The translations under genes were made by a program, and so were the position numbers. A stretch of DNA of 64,000 nt from Candidatus Melainabacteria bacterium (GTDB lineage Bacteria; Cyanobacteriota; Vampirovibrionia; 2-02-FULL-35-15), in assembly GCA_023250205.1 (NCBI GenBank), contig JAHFBE010000001.1, positions 66,428 through 130,427 on the forward strand, given 5' to 3'. Shown in pieces: positions 53,401-58,368 of the stretch (its first letter is position 1; each line of letters opens with the position of its first letter). The notes under the pieces were generated by a model. That model was not told the origin of the DNA. It saw only the letters and a program-made list of their open reading frames with translations, and did not search any database.

Positions 53401-53787
53401 AATGGTCAACCATATTGTGACAATGGACAAATACCTACTTGCCCTTATGACAAGCCTTGTATTAAATGTCTAGCAAATGGTTCTGCTGATTGTTACAACG
53501 GTCTAAATGATTATAATGGTGTTTCTGTTACTTGTTCTCCATCAGGGAACACCGCACCAGTTTGCACGGCTACTTCTACATCTTCCACTTCTTCAAGTAC
53601 TGGTGGATCAAATCTCCCAACATGCAGTTCTAACTCATGTAATTTTGGAGGCAGTCCAACATGTCAGTCTGGAACCACAAATTGCTCTTTTGGATTAACA
53701 CCTACCTGTGAATATTACTTTGGTGAATGCAGAGCTATTTGCAGAGGAGAAAATGGATATGATCCTGATGGAGCTTATTGTAATTAA
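38404..53787 (+). CDS. Giant secreted multi-propeller surface protein (5127 aa). Contains two FG-GAP-like propellers, four Kelch-like propellers, four Vgb/NHL-like propellers, two IPT/TIG domains and Cys-rich modules.
   Basis: Single uninterrupted ORF with a signal peptide. Repeats DLNNDNxLDLI (FG-GAP), TSAVWNxxTNKAYIFGG (Kelch-like), GPDGNLWFTE…NKIGKIT…ITEY (Vgb lyase-like), LSPNSGMxG…NGSNFTGATTV (IPT/TIG) and poly-Ser linkers. Confidence 0.85.
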   Translation: MNRFNKIKFVKVVLSLFAVFLFNLPTLAAFNVNYNNLFKLPGNIISDSPSIENALSESTDESQTPQEPEESTSIETPSLSLPSIPTQTINHNQKILDSFSCNPSDKPNSIINFTNKSFNVTNITPSAINTADLNNDNFLDLIILDSSKKYITVVLGTSDGAFNNNRSINTDNSHNKIYVKDLNNDNLLDIILLSKENDTVTILLNQGNNSFSDALHFNTGTSPTALTVGDFNNNGTSDILVINSGDSKASLVLDLNNPVKSIDLDSDSAPTSLTSLDFNNDGNLDLAATSNNNNVTLFTGNGDGSFASSNVISLNSKPISISTADLNNDSVLDLIASVSSTDSNNIAVSLGKSDGTFGNVHYFPVAGLATDFTFANLNGDCNLDIITANNSDNFSILRGNGNGSFAPSIEFPLSSSSVNRGDLNKDGLDDLVFITSDSKVQLLINGKSDSDLATLEPTCKDGDAYCGDGFELNCIDSTNSIGCDPDTGKPGCYDLNLSTFDKTLINTPTCIPKDKSSFLTRTFMANKSTISQKFSFSVSDTNRAYCQDGMTLCANTALSPTCEAGAIRLCTATNNDSEPICLNSSNRRVTIARCGSVSSSSLPTCVDSMSICNNGGTFKCDETSDLKLCPSTNNDSEPLCLNSALHRIRAGLCFLQASSSSSSSGGSSSSSGTQCTPTITIRAETLPSARRGTLAVWNPSTNKAYIFGGGYVNNWFTDIVEYDPATSMVTVRPEVLPQILASGNSAVWNPVTNKAYIFGAINSDTTLCRIIEYDPATSTISYRPEALPLISSTSAVWNTATNKAYIFGGNGSNIIIEYDPATSMVTTRPETLPDSVSYSQTSAAWNPITNKAYIFGGNGSPGFSNKIIEYDPATSMAIIKSETLFSARGLTSAVWNSNTNKIYIFGGVNSSTQLNEIIEYDPATSMVTTRPETFPTGRHWTSAILNPTTNKAYIFGGSDNMVGEINQIVEYTACAGSTTSSSSSSSSSSSSGNIPCSSGASCYLNGGTGTSGQQCPSASLAVCSDGMTPQATGASCYVNGCMGSCYTLCPSSSSSSTTSSSSSSSSSSSSGGLPPPPPQATSNVCIPSFTNTTTPNSIVPVSFAEFTYNNDYDLTGDSINDLIQSQNTTNTFGRVSNISKLFYSSDYIFFTPGDFNNDSKTDIAVSYSEINLSPQSMLSTFLAPTFNETSMINTVGTLQLTSGDYNKDGYIDIALLKYNGISIVPGTGTGLLTGAEVAIPNTPNNDNNYAPVIITTNLNSDNKPDLIVFSDGVITSLINTGNNSFSFSKTQFNINNEVDIPPIVKDFNGDNIPDIALILQSSSFQKYLSILRGNGDGTFTKIIDYSVLYDPGAGGLGSITTGDFNSDNKADLLIASKYDTATVLTGNGDCTFAKALDFNTGEVNTTIVIQSTDFNSDGKLDFIIQDQYKSNYYKFTNNSTCMTGSSSSSSSSSSSSSSSSSSSSSSSSSSSSSSSSSSSSSSSSSSSSGSSSSSGTQCTSSISVRPETFPSGFGTSAIWNSTNNKAYTFGGHNGANQLSTIIEYDNFMITTPAVLPVVRSDSSAVYVPSTNKAYIFGGYNSLNATNNLLNSITEYNFATSAASTRPEVLPSGRSGTCAVLNPTTNKIYIFGGYIINSSSNVIGLNQILEYDPITSMLVVRPETLPAGLNNASAVWNPLTNKAYILGGTVSGVGDSNQILEYDPAISMVTVRTETLPASMNYSYTSAVWNSTANKVYLFAGQGNGYSNEVIEYDPATSTVSTNNATFPTSRSFTSAVWNPITNKAYIFGGANSMVLNEIVEFNPCSGSASSTSSSSSSSSSSSSGSAPLLPVVSSLSPNSGMAGNSININGSNFTGATTVRFGSTNASFQISSSQLISTTIPAGSGAVDVLVTTSAGTSANTANDNFTYLTSSSSSSSGGTVSCNGTSINEFTIPTGNSLPRYIKKGPDGNLWFTETIGNKIGRITPTGSITEFSVPSGPSGITNGPDGNLWFNTASSIGKISTTGTVTSYTVPNSNNSLYDITDGPDGNLWFAEQLGNKIRKITTAGIITEYSVPTASSEPSGITKGPDGNLWFVERMGNKVGKITTAGVITEYLIPTATSRPFLITNGPDGNLWFAESNANKIGKITTAGVITEYTVPTSNCAPFAITAGPDGNIWFTEETGNKIGKITPSGIITEYPVPTPSADLFGITTGPDGNIWFTESIGNKIGKITCSSNSSSSSSSGGSSGGNACCRSGCQLHNFGTAGTQCNGTREQASGSSFNCILPLCPAPGCDYGCCCPSTSSSSSSSGSTGICQAGRYSNTALNWNDANSFCQQGNGSLPTAYDFPINAPTGRYYWSSSCSSNYCTFASPEGNYASSAQTTSNPGNIYAFCLCNSSGSLPSSSSSSGGGTQCTPTVTVRPETFPSGFATSAIWNSTNNKAYTFGGHNGNQLSRIIEYDNFMVVTLPAILPSIRSDTSAAYVPSINKAYIFGGYNSLNATNNLLNSIIEYNFATSIVTTRSEALPSGRSGTCAVLNPTTNKIYIFGGYNGDTQLSQILEYDPITSMLIVRPETLPYGLNNASAVWNPITNKAYIFGGLASDIGYSNRILEYDPATSMVTVRTETLPSAISYTSAVWNSTTNKVYLFAGQDSNEILNKIIEYDPTTSMVTVRTETFPTVRGFTSAIWNPITNKAYIFGGTNNSGILYQIVEFNPCSGSTSSTTSSSSSSSSSSSSSSSSSSSSGQQACTPAQWASSASANNSYSSYPASNIIGAPQCTGCNICSSPDPTSSVWLNEIANQAAIVEVTFPSPAIADSILIREAYYPGFVKSITLKDQNDNQIGNIINVNDTSSCPDNYNLIIPFPRTSALVAKVLINTLPQSSYSVIDAVQLRCSGVTSSSSSSSSSSSSSSSSSGSCTVGMITEFTVPTSNSSPWDITTGPDGNLWFTEQQRNKIGKITTNGAITEFDIPGSPSNITAGADGNLWFTEGSRNKIGKILIDGTVTEFTIPIASVNPHGITLGPDGNLWFTGPGYGAGGEKNILGSITTNGNIILFTTPTLNSGPYNITKGPDGNLWFTEYYANKIGKISTAGIITEFSIPTPNSYPQNITTGPDGNLWFTEVGGDKIGRITIGGSISEFTIPTANSDPNGITKGPDGNLWFTEPTANKIAWITTNGSFNEFSLPISSSAPWKITTGPDGNLWFTEWYGNKIGRITSCSLTTTSSSSSSSGSGCNLAGAGISCSGALTVDSAPSYCSFIGNYCNHNYWCCTSSSSSSSSGSTNSCSDSDGGNNRNILGTVTYMLNGQSGSSTDYCNNGTNTSCSGTSCTQVEFFCSGTTVASSVTACSNCNNGICVSSSSGSTLPAVSSLSPNSGMSGSTININGSNFTGATTVMFGSTNAGFVLSSSQLISATVPAGSGTVDVLVTTSAGTSANTANDNFTYLTSSSSSSSSSSSSSSGSATCSPSITTKSEVLPSIRRLTSAVWNSSTNKAYIFGGDNGSSSATNQILEYNPSTSAVSARPETLPTGRQYTSAIFNTLTNKAYIFGGASTAGYLNEILEYDLNTFMIVNKGTLPAARLGTSAIWNPNTNKAYIFGGFEETGSSISQIVEYNLNTFTTSIRPETLPSARMYTSAVFNPKTNKAYIFGGFSNSTSINEIIEYDLATFMITTKSERLPQTIYGSSAVWNSTTDKAYVVGGFSQTAPVNQIFEYNPTAGTAIGRQELLPPTLHFASAVWNSSNNKAYIFGGQSNNVSTNQILEFNPCISSSSSGLTCTTSANCPIGTCTNGMTYQRYNCTNGQCIQINYVTDPCSSSSSSSSSGNILCSSGGSCYLNGGTGTSGQQCPSASLAYCSNGTTPTPTGASCTISGCMGSCYTSCPSSSSSSSGISTCTTSTNCPLGTCPNGMTYQRYSCINGQCIQANYLVDPCSSSGSSGSNTCVSGTFSDFSYSSLGNWDGGSYDIVYGPDGNFWFTDIYNNRIGRMTPAGIVDFFTVTTTNSQPRYITRGSDGNLWFTETTANKIGRITPAGVITEFAVPTSNSGLRDITAGPDCNLWFTEFNTDKIGRITPSGAISEFIIPISRGPLEITAGSDGNLWFTENTGNKIGRITTNGILTEFSTPAGATAPPQGITKGPDGNIWFTENPGYFITGQGKIGRITPSGSISEFNIPLANITARPLGIATGTDGNLWFGEDSGKFGKVTTNGTVTLFNAPDYNVGITSDAPSSIATGPNGNLWFTIYGANKIGRYNLCNSPSPSLSNACTPSSTSTSSSSGGSNNCEIEFGDENIVKYKVPNGNPINITKGPDSNLWFTENPLYSATNMTGKIGKINVVGSITEYSTSTQTATYNINNGPNGFLWFLSSALSRATTNGSITEFTNNNLQVATITDGPDGNLWAIGYDISGQSSYNKIYKVSPATGNIIAGYGGTTDYNIRSYTSITKGVDNNIWFTEYHESYSAGSYNPVKRSIVGKITTAGEITEYAIPTADRNITGIYARSDGSLWYILPVENKIGRFATNGVVNEFNLPSGIYQPKKLTTGPDGNIWYSRYTTVGKITPDGMITEFSLPQGMYATDLITGFDGNLWIVDSSGYIAKVISCFGSSICVESFSNYSYGSTNFGWSIDPSVAGYNPRVVQITNYYGNSGNSIELRPSTTYNDPAVIRKTIPAVRYGSFKFDALPNQTTGNLCLVLGSQPGSDSSSITTCFRNNGRLEYLSGSSYLPIGSTYSGIYSSNTWYNIEVKWFNGNFDFYVNGSKLNPSPLPYSGFQDYPINSVVLRAENSGAFYIDNVVDPYCFATSTTSSSTSSSSSSSSSSGGYCPQCQSTCPTSCPSGTINCNGSFFSDICDYQSRWCGCTPSSSTSTSGTPVQGFCDSLGQPYCNDNMSVPTCPSGQPCIRCLGGGAAGCFASITSSFAEEIICAPYGSTAPICMATSTSSSSGGGAQGFCDGNGQPYCTNGQVPTCPYNKPCIKCLANGAADCYGDINDYNGVSITCSPSGTTAPICMATSTSSTSSTTGGQGFCDGNGQPYCDNGQIPTCPYDKPCIKCLANGSADCYNGLNDYNGVSVTCSPSGNTAPVCTATSTSSTSSSTGGSNLPTCSSNSCNFGGSPTCQSGTTNCSFGLTPTCEYYFGECRAICRGENGYDPDGAYCN
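42736..42867 (+). repeat. 15-bp tandem repeat (TCTTCTTCTAGTAGC) × ~8.8, encoding an in-frame poly-Ser linker inside the giant gene.
   Basis: Perfect tandem copies read directly. Confidence 0.9.
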
Positions 53788-53900
53788 AATACCAGTTTCC
53801 ATATTATTAAAAGCATCATTGTTTATTCTATCTATTCCTATAAAAGAACATTTTACAGTCTATGTCCTTAATAACCCCTTCCTGATAAACTATTACACAA

Positions 53901-54824
53901 ATGGCAATGATAGTTGAAACAAATTTTTTTGGAGATTTTGAACAGGCAGACGACCCCAAAGTTTTAATTATTCCAGCACCTTATGAATACACTACTCCAT
54001 ATATTAAAGGAACAAAAAATGCTCCTCAGGCTATATTAAATGCAAGCAAACATTTAGCTGCCTTTGACGAAGAACTCTGGGTAGATATTGCAAAAATTGG
54101 AATAAATACTTCTAGCTTTACTGCTTGTGAATTTGTCAGCAATAAATCAAAGCAACCATTTTTTGAAATTGAACAGGCTGTAAGAGATGCTGTTATCAAC
54201 GGCTCTATGCCTGTTATTTTAGGTGGAGAGCACTCTATAACCATTGGCTCAATGAAAGCAATTTACGATCTTTTTCCTGATGTATCTATTTTACATTTTG
54301 GCGCAAGGTGTAACCTAAAGCATACTGTAATGGAAAACAGATACAGCGCTGAGTGTACCTTCAGAAGAATAAATGAAACAATGCCTGAAATAAAAATTAC
54401 GCAGGTTGGAATCAGATCACTTTCTGGGGAAGAAGCAGACTGGCTTGAAACAAATAACCCAAATATTGAAATCTACTTTGGAAGGGATAAAAATCGCTGG
54501 AATATTGCTGATATTCTTACAAATCTTTCAAAGAATGTTTATTTGAGTTTTAATTTTAATGCTTTAGATCCATCTGTAATGCCTTCTACATCTATTCCAG
54601 AGCCAGCTGGATTTAACTTTGAACAAGCTTGCGACATAATAAAAAATGTTTGTGCATTTAAAGAAATCGTAGGAATGGATTTTGTAGATCTTGCCCCCAC
54701 ACCAAATTTAAACTCACAGGATTTCACTGCAGCAAAACTAATTTACAAAGCAATTGGCTATTCTTTTGCAAGAGAATTAGGTGCCTTTGAGGAAGAACCA
54801 TCATCTGAGCTAGTTCAATCATAA
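53901..54824 (+). CDS. Arginase/agmatinase (ureohydrolase) family protein with divergent metal-binding motifs.
   Basis: Family-like GGEHS (canonical GGDHS) and an S-x-D-x-D-like SFNFNALDPS. The DAHxD motif is not conserved. Confidence 0.5.
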   Translation: MAMIVETNFFGDFEQADDPKVLIIPAPYEYTTPYIKGTKNAPQAILNASKHLAAFDEELWVDIAKIGINTSSFTACEFVSNKSKQPFFEIEQAVRDAVINGSMPVILGGEHSITIGSMKAIYDLFPDVSILHFGARCNLKHTVMENRYSAECTFRRINETMPEIKITQVGIRSLSGEEADWLETNNPNIEIYFGRDKNRWNIADILTNLSKNVYLSFNFNALDPSVMPSTSIPEPAGFNFEQACDIIKNVCAFKEIVGMDFVDLAPTPNLNSQDFTAAKLIYKAIGYSFARELGAFEEEPSSELVQS

Positions 54825-54833
54825 TAAATACAT

Positions 54834-55124
54834 TTATCTTGGTGGTGGTGATAAAACTTGATTTAAAAGGGTTAAATTTTCTGTAAATTGTCTTATATCT
54901 CCACCTCTATCTATAGCAGTAGGAATATAAATATCCCTTGTTAAGCCTCTTTCCCCTGTAAATTGGGTTATATGATCTGGAGTAAGACCTAGTTTCGGTA
55001 ATCGATTTATTTGTCCTAAAGTATTAGTCCTCTCTACATCATTTGTAGAGTTTATATAGCCAGATACTAATCTTCCTCTTTGGTATTGAACTGCTAATCT
55101 TACCTGCCCTGCTATGTCAACCAT
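54834..55124 (-). CDS. Hypothetical protein (96 aa).
   Basis: ORF only. Confidence 0.25.
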   Translation of the reverse strand: MVDIAGQVRLAVQYQRGRLVSGYINSTNDVERTNTLGQINRLPKLGLTPDHITQFTGERGLTRDIYIPTAIDRGGDIRQFTENLTLLNQVLSPPPR

Positions 55125-55233
55125 AAATTTTAATTTCTCCTTTGCTCTTTTCCAAATAATACAAAGGTTATTCCAAAAGAAATTGACATTAAATCAAAGC
55201 GTTTTCCTCTTTTCTAGGAAAGATTAGATAACT

Positions 55234-56031
55234 TCAAAGACAACCATGTTTTTTTTGTATATATTCTACAGTTTCTGAATATAAGGTTGTAACTAAATCC
55301 TCGTTACCATCTGTAAGAGACTTTACAAGGTCTGCTAAAACCTTATTTCTTTCTACAGCTTTTTGTACATCTTCCTTATATAAAGATTGTGGTTTTACAG
55401 TTCCCTCTAAACGCGTCAAAAATTCACGAATAAAATCAGCTAATTCTTGCTTACTTAATGGATTGGTTCGCATTTGATAATTATCATTATCAGGATCTCC
55501 CATTAAACTTTTAGCAGTTTCAAAAATCGCATAACGATATGTTTCATCAAAAAATTCTTTATCTTTCTTTTTATCCCCTGTTCTATATAGAGCCAATCTT
55601 TCATCCTTATAAACAATTTCTGCAATAATTGCAGGACTCTTTAAAGCCATTGGATCCCATTCGTTATCCAGAATTGCCTTATATAAGGACTGTGCCTCTA
55701 CAGAAAAAATCTCATCTGCTCCAGCCTCTTGCAGATTTGTTGACTGTTTTATACCAAGAACGGCTCTGTATAAATTTTCTGCTAATCCCCTATCTCCATG
55801 TGTAATTCCAGCTGTAGTAGCCTGTAATTCTCTAGTACTACTAACTAATTCAGCAATTTCTTTAGGAGTACTGATCGGATGTCCGGTTTCTTTAGCAACT
55901 ATCTGTAATTCATTTCTAAAATAATCAACTGCACTTAAGCTAATATTTGATGGAACAGTTTTTATCACCACCATAGTAAACAATCCTTTCCTAAAATCTA
56001 TTGAAGCTATACTCACAAATATATGCCTCAA
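55234..56031 (-). CDS. Hypothetical protein (265 aa).
   Basis: ORF only. No recognisable motif. Confidence 0.4.
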   Translation of the reverse strand: MRHIFVSIASIDFRKGLFTMVVIKTVPSNISLSAVDYFRNELQIVAKETGHPISTPKEIAELVSSTRELQATTAGITHGDRGLAENLYRAVLGIKQSTNLQEAGADEIFSVEAQSLYKAILDNEWDPMALKSPAIIAEIVYKDERLALYRTGDKKKDKEFFDETYRYAIFETAKSLMGDPDNDNYQMRTNPLSKQELADFIREFLTRLEGTVKPQSLYKEDVQKAVERNKVLADLVKSLTDGNEDLVTTLYSETVEYIQKKHGCL

Positions 56032-56061
56032 AGTTATCTTTTATATAAATTAGGATTTATA

Positions 56062-56835
56062 CTAACACACGTATTTCAAGGTTGCAAATTTTTCAGCCAA
56101 TGAATTTAGTGACTCAAAACTCAGTTTCTTAACCAAAGGTATTTTCATAAGGCATTTAACCTTTGTAAGTTTAGAAATTACATCTGGAGCAGTTTTTATA
56201 ACTGGATCATTAAGGGTTTCATCATAAGCAGAAACTATAAACCCTAAAATATTTAAGTCCTTTTGCTTTGCAAATTCAATGGTTAAGACCGAATGGTTAA
56301 TCGTTCCCAGTGACGAACGCGAAACAATAATCACAGGATAGTTTAGATCTTTAATCAGATCAGCTACCAAATAGGTGTCATTGTGAGGAGATGCACTAGC
56401 ACCGATGCGACAATCTCTTAACGTTTTTGAGATTGCTTCGTCGTCCGCCATAAGCGGACTCCTCGCAATGACGTGATCAGTAATCGGTACTGCCACTCCA
56501 CCAATTCCTTCCACAATTACACAATCAAATTCTTTTTCTAAGTTTCTAATATCTAAAATAATTTTTTCTAAATCAATCTTTTTATTTTCATGTTCAGCTG
56601 AAATTATCGGTGCCGCAGGGAGAGAAAAACTATATGTATTAAAAATAGGAATTTTATTTCCTGTTAACTCTTTCAAAAAATCTGTATCTTTCGGAAAACC
56701 TGTCTGAATCGGCTTTGAAATACAAACTTTTTTACCTTCATTATGAAGTGAAATAGCAAGCAATGCACTAAAAATACTTTTACCAACACCAGTATCAGTA
56801 CCCGTTATAAAAATGTTTTTTAAACTGCTTATCAC
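56062..56835 (-). CDS. bioD: Dethiobiotin synthetase BioD. Likely starts at GTG 56835. Contains an in-frame palindromic-element insertion.
   Basis: P-loop (I)FITGTDTGVGKS and downstream BioD motifs (PVIIVSRSSLGTINHSVLT). The ORF-track start at 56889 runs through the ftsZ terminator hairpin. The GTG at 56835 with RBS AGGAGAG gives a canonical N-terminus. Confidence 0.85.
   Translation of the reverse strand: MISSLKNIFITGTDTGVGKSIFSALLAISLHNEGKKVCISKPIQTGFPKDTDFLKELTGNKIPIFNTYSFSLPAAPIISAEHENKKIDLEKIILDIRNLEKEFDCVIVEGIGGVAVPITDHVIARSPLMADDEAISKTLRDCRIGASASPHNDTYLVADLIKDLNYPVIIVSRSSLGTINHSVLTIEFAKQKDLNILGFIVSAYDETLNDPVIKTAPDVISKLTKVKCLMKIPLVKKLSFESLNSLAEKFATLKYVC
56432..56474. repeat. Palindromic element copy (GATTGCTTCGTCGTCCGCCATAAGCGGACTCCTCGCAATGACG) inside the bioD coding sequence, translated in-frame.
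   Basis: Same family as 421..458 and 12116..12156. Coincides with the extra residues …SPLMADDEAISKTLRDC… relative to typical BioD. Confidence 0.65.
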
Positions 56836-56842
56836 TTCTCTC

Positions 56843-56875
56843 CTAAAAATAAGGGCGAGGATAAACCTCGCCCTT
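56843..56875 (-). terminator. Rho-independent terminator downstream of ftsZ (10-bp perfect stem AAGGGCGAGG/CCTCGCCCTT followed by a T-run on the minus strand).
   Basis: Hairpin and T-tract read directly. Confidence 0.65.
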
Positions 56876-56898
56876 AAATTCCCTGTCAACCTAAAAGG

Positions 56899-58056
56899 TT
56901 ACTTCCTGCTTCTTAAAAACTCAGGAATATCAAGAATATCTGAAGCCATTCTTTTTACTTTGTCATCAACAATTGTTTTTGACTTAGTTTCAGTTTTTTC
57001 TTCTTTTTTGTCAGCTACTGCAACAGAACCAAAATATTCTTTAGTGAATTCTTTTGATTGTACTGACTGTTTCTCAGATGCTTGTGGCACCATTGCAAAG
57101 CCTGTAGCAATAACTGTTATTTGAACTTCACTTTGGAATTTTGGATCAATTACTGCACCAATAATAATATTGGCATCATCCTGAGCTAATTCATATACAA
57201 GTCCTGCTGACTCATGTACTTCATGAAGCGTTAGATCTGGACCACCAGTTACATTAAATATAATTCCGGAAGCACCATTAATAGTAGTCTTGAGCAATGG
57301 ACTTTCAATTGCTTTTCTTGCAGCTTCTATAGCTCTTCCTTCTCCAGTTGCTCTACCAATTCCCATAAGAGCTGAACCTGCTGAACTCATAATGTTTTTA
57401 ACATCCGCAAAGTCAACATTTATTAGTCCAGGAATAGTGATGATATCTGAGATTCCTTGAACTCCTTGGAGCAATACATCATCTGCTTGTTTAAATGCAT
57501 CATGAACTGTAGTTCTTCTTTCAATTACTTGAAGAAGTTTGTCGTTAGGAATAGTAATTAATGCATCTACTTTTTGTTTGAGAGCTTCAATACCTTGCTC
57601 TGCTTGATTAATTCTTCTTCTTCCTTCAAAAGTAAATGGTTCAGTACAAACTCCAACTGTTAAAGCACCTAAATCTTTTGCTACTTCAGCAATAATTGAT
57701 GCTGCGCCAGTTCCAGTTCCTCCACCCATTCCGCAGGTAATAAAAACCATGTCAGAATTTTCAATTGCAACAGCAATTTCATCACGACTTTCTTCTGCAG
57801 CCTTTAGTCCTATTGTAGGATTGCCACCAGCTCCAAGTCCTTTTGTTAACTTGGTTCCAATTTGAATTTTATTTGGTGCTTGGCATAATTGTAATGCTTG
57901 AGCATCTGTGTTTACTGCCCAAAACTCTACATTAGTTAAGGATGCTTCAATCATCCTATTTACTGCGTTACAACCTGCACCTCCAACACCAAATACTTTT
58001 ATTTTTGCTAGTGAAATATCTAAATTTGAATTTGAATCAAAAGTTTGTTCTTTCAT
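56899..58056 (-). CDS. ftsZ: Cell division protein FtsZ.
   Basis: Tubulin signature [11 protein letters not shown]-terminal [15 protein letters not shown] and a C-terminal conserved peptide DIPEFLR. Confidence 0.97.
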   Translation of the reverse strand: MKEQTFDSNSNLDISLAKIKVFGVGGAGCNAVNRMIEASLTNVEFWAVNTDAQALQLCQAPNKIQIGTKLTKGLGAGGNPTIGLKAAEESRDEIAVAIENSDMVFITCGMGGGTGTGAASIIAEVAKDLGALTVGVCTEPFTFEGRRRINQAEQGIEALKQKVDALITIPNDKLLQVIERRTTVHDAFKQADDVLLQGVQGISDIITIPGLINVDFADVKNIMSSAGSALMGIGRATGEGRAIEAARKAIESPLLKTTINGASGIIFNVTGGPDLTLHEVHESAGLVYELAQDDANIIIGAVIDPKFQSEVQITVIATGFAMVPQASEKQSVQSKEFTKEYFGSVAVADKKEEKTETKSKTIVDDKVKRMASDILDIPEFLRSRK

Positions 58057-58368
58057 TTTCTTTATCTTTCCTTTTTTTACAATTCCTACCTATGCTAGAC
58101 CTATCTTAGATATGCTATGACCCCCATAAAGAAAATGCAAGTATCTCTTTGGCATATGTTTTCAGATAAATGATCTTTGATTTGATTTTAAAAAATGAAT
58201 TTGGCCTTTAAACTCATATTTATCGCCCCTTTCCAGTCATTTAAAATAAATTTGTCAGACTAAAAAATGTTCCCACAAACTTTACGTTTAGTTATTATTT
58301 CTTTAAACGGTTGATGTAATTACACACCTTGACAACTTGAACAATAATAGTACTTAAAATATGTTTAA

